A program made the translations under genes and the position numbers. Shown piece after piece: positions 23,862 through 36,397 of a DNA stretch of 64,000 nt (positions are counted from its first letter, which is position 1; each line of letters opens with the position of its first letter). The notes beneath the pieces were generated by a model that saw only the letters and a list, made by a program, of their open reading frames with translations, was not told where the DNA came from and ran no database searches. Origin of the DNA: Eledone cirrhosa (Eukaryota); the NCBI GenBank assembly GCA_964016885.1, contig OZ024744.1, positions 82,088,001 through 82,152,000 on the forward strand, given 5' to 3'.

Positions 23862-24360
23862 TGAATAAATGGAAAAGAATGAAATGAAATTTCATTTCTC
23901 ACTCTTAGTACGGCTGATACAGCCGTACTAAGAGTGAGAAATGAAATTTCGTTTCATTCTTTTCCATTTATCGTTTTCGGTGCGCCTGGCCGACTAACTC
24001 ACTCGATATGCAAATTAGGCTGCTCAGCCGTTAATATGCATAAGGAAAGTATATACTTTCAGACGTTCAATCATCTGGCAGGAAGGTATATGATGCTGAC
24101 GATAGCTAATAAGCTTGAAACTAGTACATCGTTCCTCTGTCTGTTGAACAAAAAAAAAAAAAAGGCGACGATGGTTGCCTGAACACTGTACGGCGTAATT
24201 CGGACTGTTTGTTTACAAACAAACCGAACATTATAATAAATGTTCGGTAAACCCATATGTACTTATATATATATGTGCATGTATGTAAATATATACATAC
24301 TACTGTACGTCTGTATACATTTATGTATGTACGTATACATACATACTTACATTTAAATAT
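23862..24360 (+). mobile_element. Non-coding HHR element (family Z) with a short inverted duplication at its left end
   Basis: Inverted repeat 23865-23970. The body matches 54475-55320 and part of 19960-20060. Confidence 0.75.
24092..24130 (+). ncRNA. Minimal type I hammerhead ribozyme
   Basis: gatg CTGACGA t agc taataa gct t GAAA ctag TA catc; palindromic stem III ACTAGT. Confidence 0.82.
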
Positions 24361-24384
24361 GAATACACACACACATATATATAT

Positions 24385-24463
<79 letters not shown>

Positions 24464-24747
24464 CAGAAGCCGTATGGTGAGATATCAGTGACTATGAGTA
24501 GAGGATATAGAATTCCCAACAAGGACTGAACATAATAGAATCAAATTCCCATTGCTTCTCGGTCTCCGCATATCTCATTATTTAAAACAACAAAAAAAAA
24601 AAGAAAAAAAAAGAAAAAAAAAAGAAAAAAGAAAGAGAAATATACAAAAAGATAGAAAATAGGGGAAAAGATTTCATTTTTTTTTGTTTTATAAAATTCA
24701 TATCAAAATGACACACATGACAAACCGAAGACAAACACAACAGAAAT

Positions 24748-24937
24748 ATAATTGTTTCTACTTTTGTCATAAGGTCCAGCAATTATACAGTTCATTACTG
24801 GTACTTTATTTTATCGACCCCGTAAGGATGAAAGGCAAAGTTAAACTCGCTGGGATTTGTAGGCAGAACGTAAGGAACCGCAATTATATGCTGCAAAGCA
24901 TGGAATCCGACTCTACCGATACTGCCAATCCACCGCC
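24748..24937 (-). mobile_element. tRNA-derived SINE copy
   Basis: Reverse complement of the SINE consensus seen at 14978-15352. Confidence 0.85.
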
Positions 24938-25579
24938 CTTGTCTACAACAGAAATATGATATTACAAAAACAGAAAGAGAATTATACGAAATAGAATAAC
25001 GTCTGAAACAAGAAATTCTCACTAAATCACGAATAATCTCTCGATGTGAAATCTTACAACGATTTTTGAACAAAACAGTTCAGTTCTTGCACCAAACGAC
25101 TTTATTAAAAAAAATGGTAAACATAAAATAGTATCCAAACTGCAGGAGATCCGAAGGTAGACTCCGAGCACGATGGTTGGATAATATCCATGAGCTTGGC
25201 TAGTCTCGCTTGGAGATCCAGCTAGATCTATTGGAGACGGTTGCTGCTGATTGGACCCACTGGAAGAAGTGTTTGAGGATTCTTTCACCACGACCCTCTC
25301 ATGAATAAGTGGGCAAAGAAGGAAAAGACGAAGAAGAAGAAGAAGAAGAAGAAGAAGAAGAAGAAGAAGAAGAAGAAGAAGAAGAAGAAGAAGAAGAAGA
25401 AGAAGAAGAAGAAGAAGAAGAAATCAATACAATGACAACAGTAAGTGCAGCAGAAGAATTCAGTGGGTTAGGAATATGAGATGACAAGGATTCCCCATAG
25501 ACGATATTGTTCCAAACACAGCATCTGAACAATTGTAAGAGGCAATAACAATAAAAATGTCGCTCAGATACTGTAAAAA

Positions 25580-26370
25580 AAAAGCGAATAATGGAATGGA
25601 ACTTGGACATGATAAGATCGTAAATTTCTGGTTAAAATATTTAACAGAGACACGTGTTAACAGAAATAATAAATAAAATACTGAAATTGACTGTGGAAAG
25701 CCATCTTAATCGTCAAGATTAAAGAACTAGTTAACCCTAAGAGCTACAGACCTACAATCTGCATTTCTACAACTTCGAAAATCTTAACTACAATAATATT
25801 GCAGAGAATGAATATACATATGTAAAAAAAAAAAAATGGAGCAGAAAGGAAGCTGCAATGGCTTCTACGGCTGTAAAGATCAATTACTGATTGACAAGGC
25901 CATAACGAAAGACTGTAGAAGAAAAGAGAAATGTCTGAGAATGGTATGGATCAAATACCAGCAGGCTTTCAACGGTATTTCGTACACGTGGATTCTGAAC
26001 GCAATAGTCATGTTCAATGTAGAATCAATAATAAACAGATATTTCTTTATTAGAAGAGCAATAATCCGAGAGGATTATCTCTTTCAACGACTTTTCTGTT
26101 TGGAGCTAACAGAGTTAACGAATATATTAAACCAGACTGGACTAAAACACAAATGCTATGGGAGGTAAAACAACCATCTTTTGTATATAGGTGATTCTCC
26201 CTCAACACACCAAGTTGTACGATGCAGAAAATTAACAAATAAAAAACAAAAAAAATACAACAACAACATTGTAACACAAAACGGTGTATTAAAACAATTG
26301 ATACGAAATTCGAATTAGAAAAAATACGCCAAAGTTATATTGAAGAGAGGAAAAATAATCAAGAACATTA
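25580..26370 (+). mobile_element. Highly decayed RT fragment of an RLE-type LINE (R4/Dong-like)
   Basis: Readable remnants GHDKIVNFWLKYLTET, YRPTIC, EQKGSCNGFYGCKDQLLIDK, WIKYQQAF..ISYTWI; many frameshifts. Confidence 0.75.
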
Positions 26371-27074
26371 ATATCACTAGCAGAAAAACCACGCGAGGGG
26401 TGGTTTTTCTGCTAACATGTGTAGTATGCATATTGATATTATACGCAAATATATATGCATTTAGATATAATACGTCAAATAAAATCGTAATTGACAATAT
26501 CCACAGAAATTGAAGAGAGTCTGTCATACACTCTCTTCTGTAATCAGTAAAGTAATCCATGATACATTTAAAAAAGACGATATCATGTATAAACTGCATT
26601 AGCAATGGAAATATATGAACGTTTGTATAAGCGATGAAATAAGTTTTATAATATAACGGTCTCTAACCGGAAGTGTTGAGATTTGAAAATATTAAAGATG
26701 TGAATCTTGAAACAAGCAATACAATTATTTATATTTAATCACGAGTTACGAAATCTAGCACATAAATTATGTAATATTCATTTATTATTTATTCAAAGTG
26801 ATCCAACTTATTTTACAAACGGGATAGAAAAATATATTTTGGACGCAGTCTCGCCCTCCTCCCTTTATTATAGTTAAGATTCATTCATTATTTATTCAAA
26901 GTGATCCAACGGTATAAAAAAGAATATTCTGGATGCAGTCCCGCTCTCCCACCTTTATTATATTATGATGTTAGGTGAAGAAACTGAGATGTGTCCGTAT
27001 CCATGTTTATGTTGACATTTGTGTTTGTGTCTGTGTTTATGTCCTGTAACATAGCGGTTGGACACACAAGAGAA

Positions 27075-27268
27075 CGACATAATAAGTACCAAACTTGAAA
27101 ATATAAGTACTGGAGGTGACACACACGACAAAATTAGGGTGCCAGTAGTTAAATCCCTGAAACCGTGAAATGACTGAAAAATGAAAGGCAGGATTTGAAC
27201 TTAAAGCGTAAAGAGCCGTGACTAAATACCACAAGGCATTTATCCAACAATCTAACCATTCTGCCAAT
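27075..27268 (-). mobile_element. Older related tRNA-SINE, degenerate
   Basis: Minus strand: ttggcagaatggttag...aagttcaaatcctgcctttcat. Confidence 0.55.
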
Positions 27269-27479
27269 TATAACAGACCTCTTGGAAATTATTTAAACCC
27301 ACGCAGACGAATGCATTACCAACATCATTAGACTTACAAACAGGCACAACTTACAAAGTAGCACTACATTCTAGGCACTGCATATATATTATATACAGTA
27401 TTGTAAATACTACATACAATACGAAATAAAAAGTAAACATACGCACACACACCTACATGTTTGTATGATATCATGTATG

Positions 27480-27568
<89 letters not shown>

Positions 27569-27737
27569 GAAAATAGAGAAATTAATGTAAGCAAAAAGCC
27601 TACAATAATTAGACATATAAGTGACTATAACATCAAGATGAAACATTTTTAACGAAAGATATGGGATAAGTAATAAAATCTTAATTCAATAAAATCAAGA
27701 AAAAATACTTAACCTTCAATTTTGGAAAACTACAAAT

Positions 27738-27817
27738 ACACTATATAGTCTTAAAAGACTATTTCACGAAACTTTTCAGTGGGGTTAGTCACGGTTGGGG
27801 TCGATCTTCAGTAGTGC
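27738..27817 (-). ncRNA. Type I hammerhead ribozyme with long stem-II loop
   Basis: Minus strand: gcacta CTGAAGA tcga(~30 nt)tcgt GAAA tagtc ttttaa gacta TA tagtgt. Confidence 0.72.
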
Positions 27818-28022
27818 TAAAAGGAATGACTGGGTATATTTTATCTGGCTGTCCCCCGTGGAAGATAGTCTGTATCATTTGTCTATTATTTCTCCATAGT
27901 TACATTTTAAACTTATAGCCTCGTTTAAATGATTATTTATCTGGTTGATTTCTACGGACTAGGAAGAGGAAATACTGTATATATTTTATGTAATAATTCT
28001 TCAAACTTGCAATTTTATACAC

Positions 28023-28087
<65 letters not shown>

Positions 28088-28094
28088 TATATAA

Positions 28095-28146
<52 letters not shown>

Positions 28147-28151
<5 letters not shown>

Positions 28152-28392
28152 AACGAGTAGGACCCCGAGGGCTGAGCTCAAGCCCTTTCGACGGCTAATT
28201 CTGGACTAAATGAAAATTTTTATCCGGATAAAAATCTCGATAAAAATGTTCATTTAGTCCAGAATTAGCCGTCGAAAGGGCTTGAGCTCAACCGTCGGGG
28301 TCCTACTCGTTCCTATTACCCAATCTACTACCCTAAGTATTGAGTACTTTGGTGCGTTATGGTCCATCTGGTTCCTTACCACATTTCCTTCG

Positions 28393-28395
<3 letters not shown>
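28147..28395. mobile_element. Foldback element in (TA)n
   Basis: 28147-28225 is inverted at 28240-28317. A related fragment lies at 47910-47950. Confidence 0.7.
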
Positions 28396-28430
<35 letters not shown>

Positions 28431-28665
28431 ATACACCCAGAACGTATATGCTATCTTGGAGAAGTAAATTTATTGAGTTCATAAATTAAAATCCATATGA
28501 AATCATACAGATTTTAATTTATGGATTTTAGCTGCTGCTTCCGATTCTGAATTGCCAGAAGCTATAGAAAGTGTTGCGCTGGCAGCGAAACCCTATTGAT
28601 CTAATCAAATATCTCTGGCAGCCTGTACATTAGAGTGGAGAGAAGGAGTAAATGATCGAACAGAA

Positions 28666-28737
<72 letters not shown>

Positions 28738-29089
28738 ATGGAAAGAGCGCGCGCATTTGTGACTGTTCAGTGTCAAATAAAGAATTTGACGGAGAAAGGA
28801 ATCATTGAAGAAGCTATATATCAAATTACTTTGTGAGTGAATGTGGTATGTGTGTGTGTATGTATATGTGTGTGCGTGTATGTGCATGTGTGTGTGAGAA
28901 TGTATGTATGTGTAGTTATACACAGGTGTATGTTTATACATAAGTGTACGTTGTATATTTCTGAACATTTCTGAAAAATAAATTATATATATATATATCA
29001 TCATCATCATCATCATCATCATCTTCATATATACGTATATATATATGATGTTGATGAGATGATGATGATGATACACACAAACAAACAAA

Positions 29090-29173
<84 letters not shown>

Positions 29174-29174
<1 letters not shown>

Positions 29175-29944
29175 CTATATATCTAAAACAGAAAATGTCT
29201 GTCTGTCTATCTATCTGTCTGTCTGTCTCACTCCCTAGAACTCGAGAACCACCCAACCGATTGTATTCAAAATTTACACATCTAATACTTATGGTCGTGT
29301 GAGTGTTTTGAGCAAAATATATTTCAAATTTTCAATGCCCTAGAGACCGCATTAGGTAATTTAGCGATCTCTCTATAATTCTTAGTCTGTCTTTTTAGAT
29401 AGATACATAGCTATGACGTCGCGCCCTTATAATATCTGTCTGTATGTCTGGCTGTCTGCATTACGACATTATGACGCTATCTGTGTGTGTATGTGTATAT
29501 GTATATATATATATAGTGTGTAACGTTTTTCGAAATATTTACTTCTGCGTTCACAGATTGATTCTTTTAGTTTCAGAAGATCCCATTAAGGGCGAAAGCA
29601 GCGATTCTTCGCTTAATCTTCAATCTGTTATTTTAATATATATATATAATTATATATTCGTGTACAGATATTTTTGCATACACAATAACAAAATATTCAC
29701 AAACGTATTTATTTCACGAAGCTCGACAGCAGCAAAATCAACAACAAAAAAGAGAGGGAACGCAGTTACATGCTTTTGAAAAATCTTAACGGAAAATTAT
29801 TTGCCTATTCACCCAAGGCGACTTCAGTTTTTATTAGGAATTCTGCATCAATTGGTGAACATACGACGAAACTGTTTCAGAAAGGAGGGATAAACATGCC
29901 AATCTATGTTTAGAATCCCGAGCAACGCCGGGCCATTCTGCTAG
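29174..29944 (+). mobile_element. Non-autonomous Helitron
   Basis: 5' TCTATATATCTAAAA + (TGTC)n; 3' hairpin cccgagcaacgccggg then CTAG; inserted between A and T; carries a nested HHR element at ~29505-29645. Confidence 0.85.
29553..29628 (+). ncRNA. Type I hammerhead-like motif with variant core CAGAAGA (copy 2)
   Basis: acagattga..agttt CAGAAGA t ccc attaa ggg c GAAA gca gcgattctt cgc TT aatct tcaatctgt. Confidence 0.6.
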
Positions 29945-30426
29945 TATATATTTAAAACAACGTTGTCTTTCATCGAGACGAAGCGAAGGTTATTTGAATA
30001 CATAGAAAAATGAGAAAATTCATCGCTAGAACAGCCGTTAAAATAGTTAAATACAGTCAAAGACAACGATGGACACAAATGCCTCTGAGAATAGTGACCA
30101 GCGGTCAGTCGTGGACAGAGAGACAATCCAGAGGCAGATGATATACAGAAAAGATTGAAAGAGGAGGAACACAAGGTGAAATGCGCTGGCGTAAAGAAGT
30201 GACTGGAAGAAGGAAATAAAGAAAGGCGATGTACAAGACAAGTTTACACACACACACACATCTTCATCCTAATCAGCTCTCAAACCAGCGAAATGGTTTC
30301 GCACGATTTAATTGAAAGTACCATTTTAAAATGCTGGATTGTGCAACAGAAAAATAAATCTTTCTGTCGGTATGATGTGTGTGTGATAAAAACAAACAGC
30401 ACAGATAGAAAGGCGAAAGAAAACAA

Positions 30427-30502
<76 letters not shown>

Positions 30503-30510
30503 TTCTTTCC

Positions 30511-30568
<58 letters not shown>

Positions 30569-30570
30569 TA

Positions 30571-31650
30571 TACTGAGTTAGAAACTCAAAATAGTCTCTT
30601 ACAATTAAATAGCTCTAAGAAAGAAGTTTTTCTGAGCCGTGTAATATAATTGAACATACAAGAGAGATAAACACAAATATAAACATACATGTGTTCGAAT
30701 TGTAAAGGACCAGGTTTGCTAGGGTGAAAAAATACTAGCCCTAACAATATGGTTTGCCAGACTTAATTTAAAGTAGTAAATCAAGAAAGAGAATAACAAA
30801 CTTATATTGGGCAACTGCCTTAAATCACCTACACAGTTATAGAAACTGTTTCGCAAAAATTATATGAAGCGAAGGCATCACCAACTCTCTGCTCTTCAGT
30901 AGGTGTGAAAAAACTAGCGATCCTTCCACTTCTAAAAACTTAGAAGACTGAATTGTGCGCGATATGAAATAACGCACATGTCTTCGGAGCATAGCTTGTC
31001 TCGAAAACCTCTGCCGCTAGAAATAGCAGCCTGGTTAACACGACATTAAAATTAGCTCAACATGTTGGAGCCAACAATCAATATGTTGTTTATATTTGTG
31101 TTTATCTCTCTTGTATGCTCAATTATATTACACGGCTCAGAAAAACTTCTTTCTTAGAGCTATTTAATTGTAAGAGACTATTTTGAGTTTCTAACTCAGT
31201 ATATATTTGTCGGCTCTATCATGTTGAGCTAATTTTAATGTCGTGTTAACCAGGCTGTTATTTTTAGCGGCATAGGTTTTCGAGACAAGCTAGGCTCCGA
31301 AGACATGTGCGTTATTTTATACCGCACACAATTCAGTCTTCTAAGTTTTTAGAAGTGGAAGGATCGCTAGTTTTTTCACACCTACTGAGTTGGTGATGCC
31401 TTTGCTTAATATAATTTTTGCGAAACAGTTTCTATGACTGTCTAGGTGTTTTCAGGCAGTTGCCCAATATAGGTTTGTTATTCTCTTACTTGATTTACTA
31501 CTTTAAATTAAGTCTTGCAAACTATATTGTTAGAGTCAGTAAAACGGTAAAAGAAACAAATAAATATTCTTACAATGACTCCAGTTGTATTTTCGATTTC
31601 CTTTCCTTATATTTTCATTCGTGTAGGACATCTCTTTTTTTTAAAACCCT
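30571..31650. mobile_element. Two opposed copies of a ~510-bp non-coding HHR element plus an inverted 3'-end copy
   Basis: 30571-30690 is inverted at 31081-31203; 30740-31075 is inverted at 31207-31533. HHR motifs at 30826-30905(-) and 31379-31448(+). Confidence 0.8.
30826..30905 (-). ncRNA. Type I hammerhead with long stem II; cleavage triplet mutated to GUG
   Basis: Minus strand: caccta CTGAAGA gcaga(...)tttgc GAAA cagtt tctat aactg TG taggtg. Confidence 0.68.
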
Positions 31651-31726
31651 ATTTACACACACACACACACATACATACATATATATATATATTTATACAT
31701 ATAAATAGGGTATGAATGAATGTATG

Positions 31727-31790
<64 letters not shown>

Positions 31791-32326
31791 CATTCATTCA
31801 TACACATATACATAGTAATAAGCCTGCCAAAGTAATAAACCCTCCAAAGGTGATGCGCGGTGTTTGTGATCAAACATGGAACAACATTATTGCGAAGTGA
31901 TCATCTTAACCACACCGCTATACTCGAGTCTATACTTGTGCGTATTTATAAATAACGAATAGGAGAAGTGCAATTATAATTTCGAATAGCTGTGTTTTGA
32001 ATCTCATTCATATGATTTATAATCCGAATAGAAGAATATACCAAGTGAATTATTTTAATAGTATAATTGTTACATATCATTGTAGGAAATGAATGACTAA
32101 AGATAATCTATTGCTTTATAAGCCTATATATTACTATCACAACTGTACATTACACCTATAACATATATATATGTTTGTGTGTACGTTTACGTGTGTGTAA
32201 GTATGTGTATATGTAAGTATGTATCCGTATATATATATATATATACATAAATACACACACACACACACGCACACACACACGCACGCACACACACACGCAC
32301 GCACGCACACACACACGCACACACAC

Positions 32327-32431
<105 letters not shown>

Positions 32432-32984
32432 CATATATATATATATGCATATAACCACACGTCAAATGACCCTCTCTTATTCATTTATACAATTAAATTG
32501 GCATTTGTAGTTTACCCCCATAACTCCACCTTGAAATCATTTTATACAGTTTTTACATTCTCTCCTATCTACTGCATCAAACGACACACCATAGTCAGTT
32601 CACACATGTACGTACATCGCAATAGTAAACAAATGGCACAATGATGTAGTTGCTAGTTTAAATCTAAACTAGAAACAACATCATAGAATGACTAGTGCCA
32701 AATAGAATGACTTTCACTATTTTTTCGGCGTTCTGCGACTTGAATTCAAATCTCATCGACGTCAACGTTGCCTTTCGTCCATTCGAGGTCGATAAATAAA
32801 GTACCTATCCAGGGCAATGAATTCAATAACATTATTCGCGTTTTGGCGAAATCGCCAGCGATGACACTAATGCCAACTTATATCGGCCCTTGGCTTTCCT
32901 TCGGTCAATATCATTAGAGGTAAGAGGGAAGACATTATTATATTGGCAACAAATACGTCTTTCAGAGTTGACACTGCACTCAGT

Positions 32985-33115
32985 GCTCCTGTGGGAACCC
33001 CTACACTGACACACTAGAAGAGGGAGACCGAGGTTGACATATATTGATGTCCTAAGAACAGACTATGGTCTCTTGGAGACGCAGGACATGTCCCGGCCAA
33101 CGATAATGAGGGACA
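32985..33115 (+). mobile_element. RTE-clade LINE 3'-end fragment
   Basis: Translates LLWEPLH*HTRRGRPRLTYIDVLRTDYGL. Same family at 51755-51925. Confidence 0.7.
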
Positions 33116-33119
33116 TTAA

Positions 33120-36100
33120 TTTCACGCTCTGGAGAGTGGGGTGGTGGTGGGGAACGACGTTTCGGGCATAAGCCCTTCCTCAGGTGAGAAGTGTGTGGGA
33201 AGAGAGTTCAAAGGGTGTTTAGGGGAGTGGTGGAGAGACATATAGCGAAAAGGGGGTGGGAGGAAACGGTGTGAATGAAATTAAAAATAAAAATAAAAAT
33301 AAAGCATGATCAAAATAAAATGAAATGAAATAAAAATAAATATAAAAGCATGATCAAAATAAACTGAAATTAAAAAGGGGTAAAACAGGTGGTGGAAGGG
33401 TGTGGGGTGTGTATGGGTGGTGGCGGGTGGAGTGGGGAGAGGGAGACGGGTGTCCGAGCGGGGAGGGCTGAAGGTGGTGTGTGTGTGTAGGTGTACGTGT
33501 ACGTGTGTGTGTGTGTGTGTGTATGTGAAAGCAAAGGTTGGGGGAAGAACGGGCTTGCATGTTCAGGAAGAGGTGTGTGTGGGGTGGGGTGTAGGTCGGA
33601 GTGTCTGTGCGTGTGTGGATAGAGGGGTGGGGGGAGAGGAATCCGGAGGCTGAGGGTGTAAATATGTGGAGGAAAGCACGTGTGTGTGGGGTTTAACCGT
33701 GTTGTGGGTGTAGGTGGCGTGTGGGAGAAAACATTTTTTGGGGTGTGTGTGTGGGTGAGTTATATAGGTGATTCCGTAAGAGGATGAGGTTGAAATGTTG
33801 GTAAACTCCTATGATGTTAGTAGATTCCACGGTGGTCAAGTTCCACATACGAGTATTCCATGAAGAGATGGTCGGAAGAGGAGAGATGTGGGGTGCGCGC
33901 GCAACAGGAAGTGGTCAAGGCGGTGGGAGTGCTGTGTGTCTGTTTGTGCTGGGAGGTGGTCAGAGGGCATAGCAGCAGTCGGGTGGAATGGTAAAGGAGC
34001 GAGGATGGGTAGGTGTGAAAGTTGGAGTGAGGAGGGTGTGTGTGTGTATTAGTAGAGGTGTTAGTGGGATGAGTGAGTGTGGAGAAAGGGTGTGGGTGGA
34101 GCGGGGAGAGAAGGATGTGGGGGTCGATGGAGGGAGTGTGGTGTACTGGTGTGTGTGTAGTTTGATGAAGGGGGTGTTAGTGGGTGTTAGTATACGGGAG
34201 GTGGGGAAAGGGTTGAATGCAGGTGTGAGTGGGGGTTAGTGGTGGTAGGGTGTGTAGAGTTGGTGGTGTACGAGGGTGTGTGGGTACGTGTGCGTGGGGT
34301 TGGGGGGTGTTAGTGATGTTAGTTGCGTGTGGGGTGGGTGGTGTAAGTGGGTGCGTGTGTTCGTGTGCTTGGGGTCAGGGGGTGTTAGTGATGTTAGTTG
34401 CGGGTGGTGGGATGGAGGTGTGGGGGTGAGGGTTAGTGGTGGTAGTAGGGTGTGTGTTTAGTGTGAGCGCGTGTATATATGTGCCGGTGGGTGTGTGCGT
34501 GTGATAAGGAGGGGGGAGGAGAAGAAGGGAGGGATGTTAGTATGTTAGTTGAGGAGGGGTGGTCGGATGAGGGGTGGAGTGGAGGTGTTAGTATTGTTAG
34601 TTGTGGGGTGGGCGGTGAAAAGGAGGGGTGTGTTAGTGGTGTTAGTGGGGGATATCTGTGGGGGGAGGGGGGCGGTCGAAGGCTAATGGAATAAGGGTGG
34701 GGAATTCAGGCCGGGGGGAGTGTGGGTCTGTAAGATGAAGATGGTTCTTTGTTCGACTCTAAGGAGATTGACGGGTGTTCCGTGGCATTGGAATAGGCCA
34801 CAGACTGTGAGATGGCGTGCGGAATGTCCAGGGGCACCAAAGTGGCGGGTGATGGGGGAACTACCACCGAGACGAATATCCCGGAGGTGCTCAGTGAATC
34901 GGTCCGCCAGGCGACGTCCCGTCTGTCCGACGTAAGTCGCGCTGCACCCCGTGCAGCGAAGTCCGTAGACTAGGTTGGAGGAGGTGCAGCGGAAGGCATG
35001 CCGGACAGAGAGAGAGTAGCAGTTGGGATCCTGGAAGGTGGTGGTGTTGGTGATGTGGGGACAGGTGTTGCAGCGGGGCCTAGAACAGGGAAAGGAACCG
35101 GGGGGGGGCGTGGGTTGGGGGGTAGGGAGCTGTGGACGAGGGGGAGAGTGCGGAGATTGCGTGCGCGTTTGAAGGAGGGGAGTGGTGGGGTTGGGAAGAT
35201 GTGGGAGGTGGAGGGGTCGGACTGGAGGCGTCGGAAGAGGCGGCGGATGGTGCGGTGGAGGGGTAAGGTGGAGGGGTGGTAGGTGATGGGGAAGGGGAGA
35301 CGGTGGGTGGGTGTGCGGTGGCGTGGGGTGAGGGTGGTGGAGCGGTGGACAGCACGGGCGCGGGTGAGAGCGGTGTGGACGAGAGAGGGGGGTAACCTCT
35401 GCGGATGAAATGGCTGACTAGGGAAAGGGCCTGGGACTCGAAGTCAGCATCTCGGCTAGAGAGGCGGCGGATCCTGAGGAGTTGGGAGTAGGGAATGGAG
35501 TGTTTAGTGTGGTTGGGTGGGAAGAGGTGAAGTCGAGGTAAGAGTGGGAGTCGGTGGGTTTGAAGAAGGCGGAGGTAACGAGGGAGTGGTGGGAGGGGTG
35601 GAAGGAGCAGAAGAAAGAGAGAAAGGAGTCGAGCTGTTCTCGGGTGAGGCTCGTGGCTCCGATACAGTCGTCAATGTAACGACCGTACAGTTCGGGCGTG
35701 GGGCCGGTGTACTGGGCAAAGATTTGGGCCTCAACATGGCCAACAAAAATGTTGGCATAGTTCGGGCCCATTCTTGTACCCATGGCTACCCCCGTGACCT
35801 GTTGGTAAAACTCACCCGAGAAGGAGAAACAGTTGAGGGTGAGGACCAGCTCGGCGAGGCGAAGGAGGGTGGGGGTGGAGGGAATGCGGGAGGGGCGAAG
35901 GTCGAGGTAGTGTTTGAGGGCGCGTAGGCCGTCGGCGTGGGGGATGACGGTATAGAGGGACTTGATGTCTAGGGTGAAGAGGAAGGGCTGTGGGCCGGGT
36001 GGGTAGGTGAAGGAGTCGAAAAGGCGCAGGGCGTGGTTGGTGTCGGAGATGTGGAAGGGGAGGGTGGTGACAAGGGGGGGGGGGAGGATGGAGTCGAGAA

Positions 36101-36397
36101 AGGCGGAGATGAGTTCGGTGGGGCAGTTGCAAGCGGAGACGATGGGGCGGCCGGGGTTGTCGGGTTTGTGGAGTTTGGGGAGGAAGTAGATGGTGGGGGT
36201 GCGGGGGGTGCGGACGATGAGGTGGGAAGCGGTGGGGGGAGGAGGGAGGAGGCGACAAGGTCTTGGATGGTGGAGGAAACTTGTTGTTGGTAGAGGGGTG
36301 TGGGATCGGAGGGTAGAGGGCGGTAGAAGAGGGGGTTACAGAGCTGCCTGAGGGCTTCGGCCGTGTAGAGGTCCGCGCGCCACACCACCACGGCGCC
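33120..36397 (-). mobile_element. Penelope-like element (Neptune-like), 5'-truncated, C-rich, with long 3' UTR and terminal HHR
   Basis: Minus strand: LPKLHKPDNPGRPIVS, LDIKSLYTVIPH, MGTRMGPNYAN, YIDD, KPTDSHSYL, FRCTSSNLVY..C..C..YVGQTGRRLADRFTEH, PPGLN; frameshifts present. Confidence 0.92.
33151..33190 (-). ncRNA. Minimal hammerhead ribozyme at PLE 3' end
   Basis: Minus strand: cac CTGAGGA a gggc ttat gccc GAAA cg TC gtt; stem I weak. Confidence 0.75.

Noticed and set aside
26776-26962. ~95-bp diverged direct duplication
   Set aside because: No HHR, termini or coding signal; likely an ordinary local duplication.
28543-28606. Hammerhead-like remnant (gatt ctgaa ttgccag...ctggcagc gaaa...aatc)
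   Set aside because: The core is truncated and stem III is unpaired; probably a dead copy, not counted.
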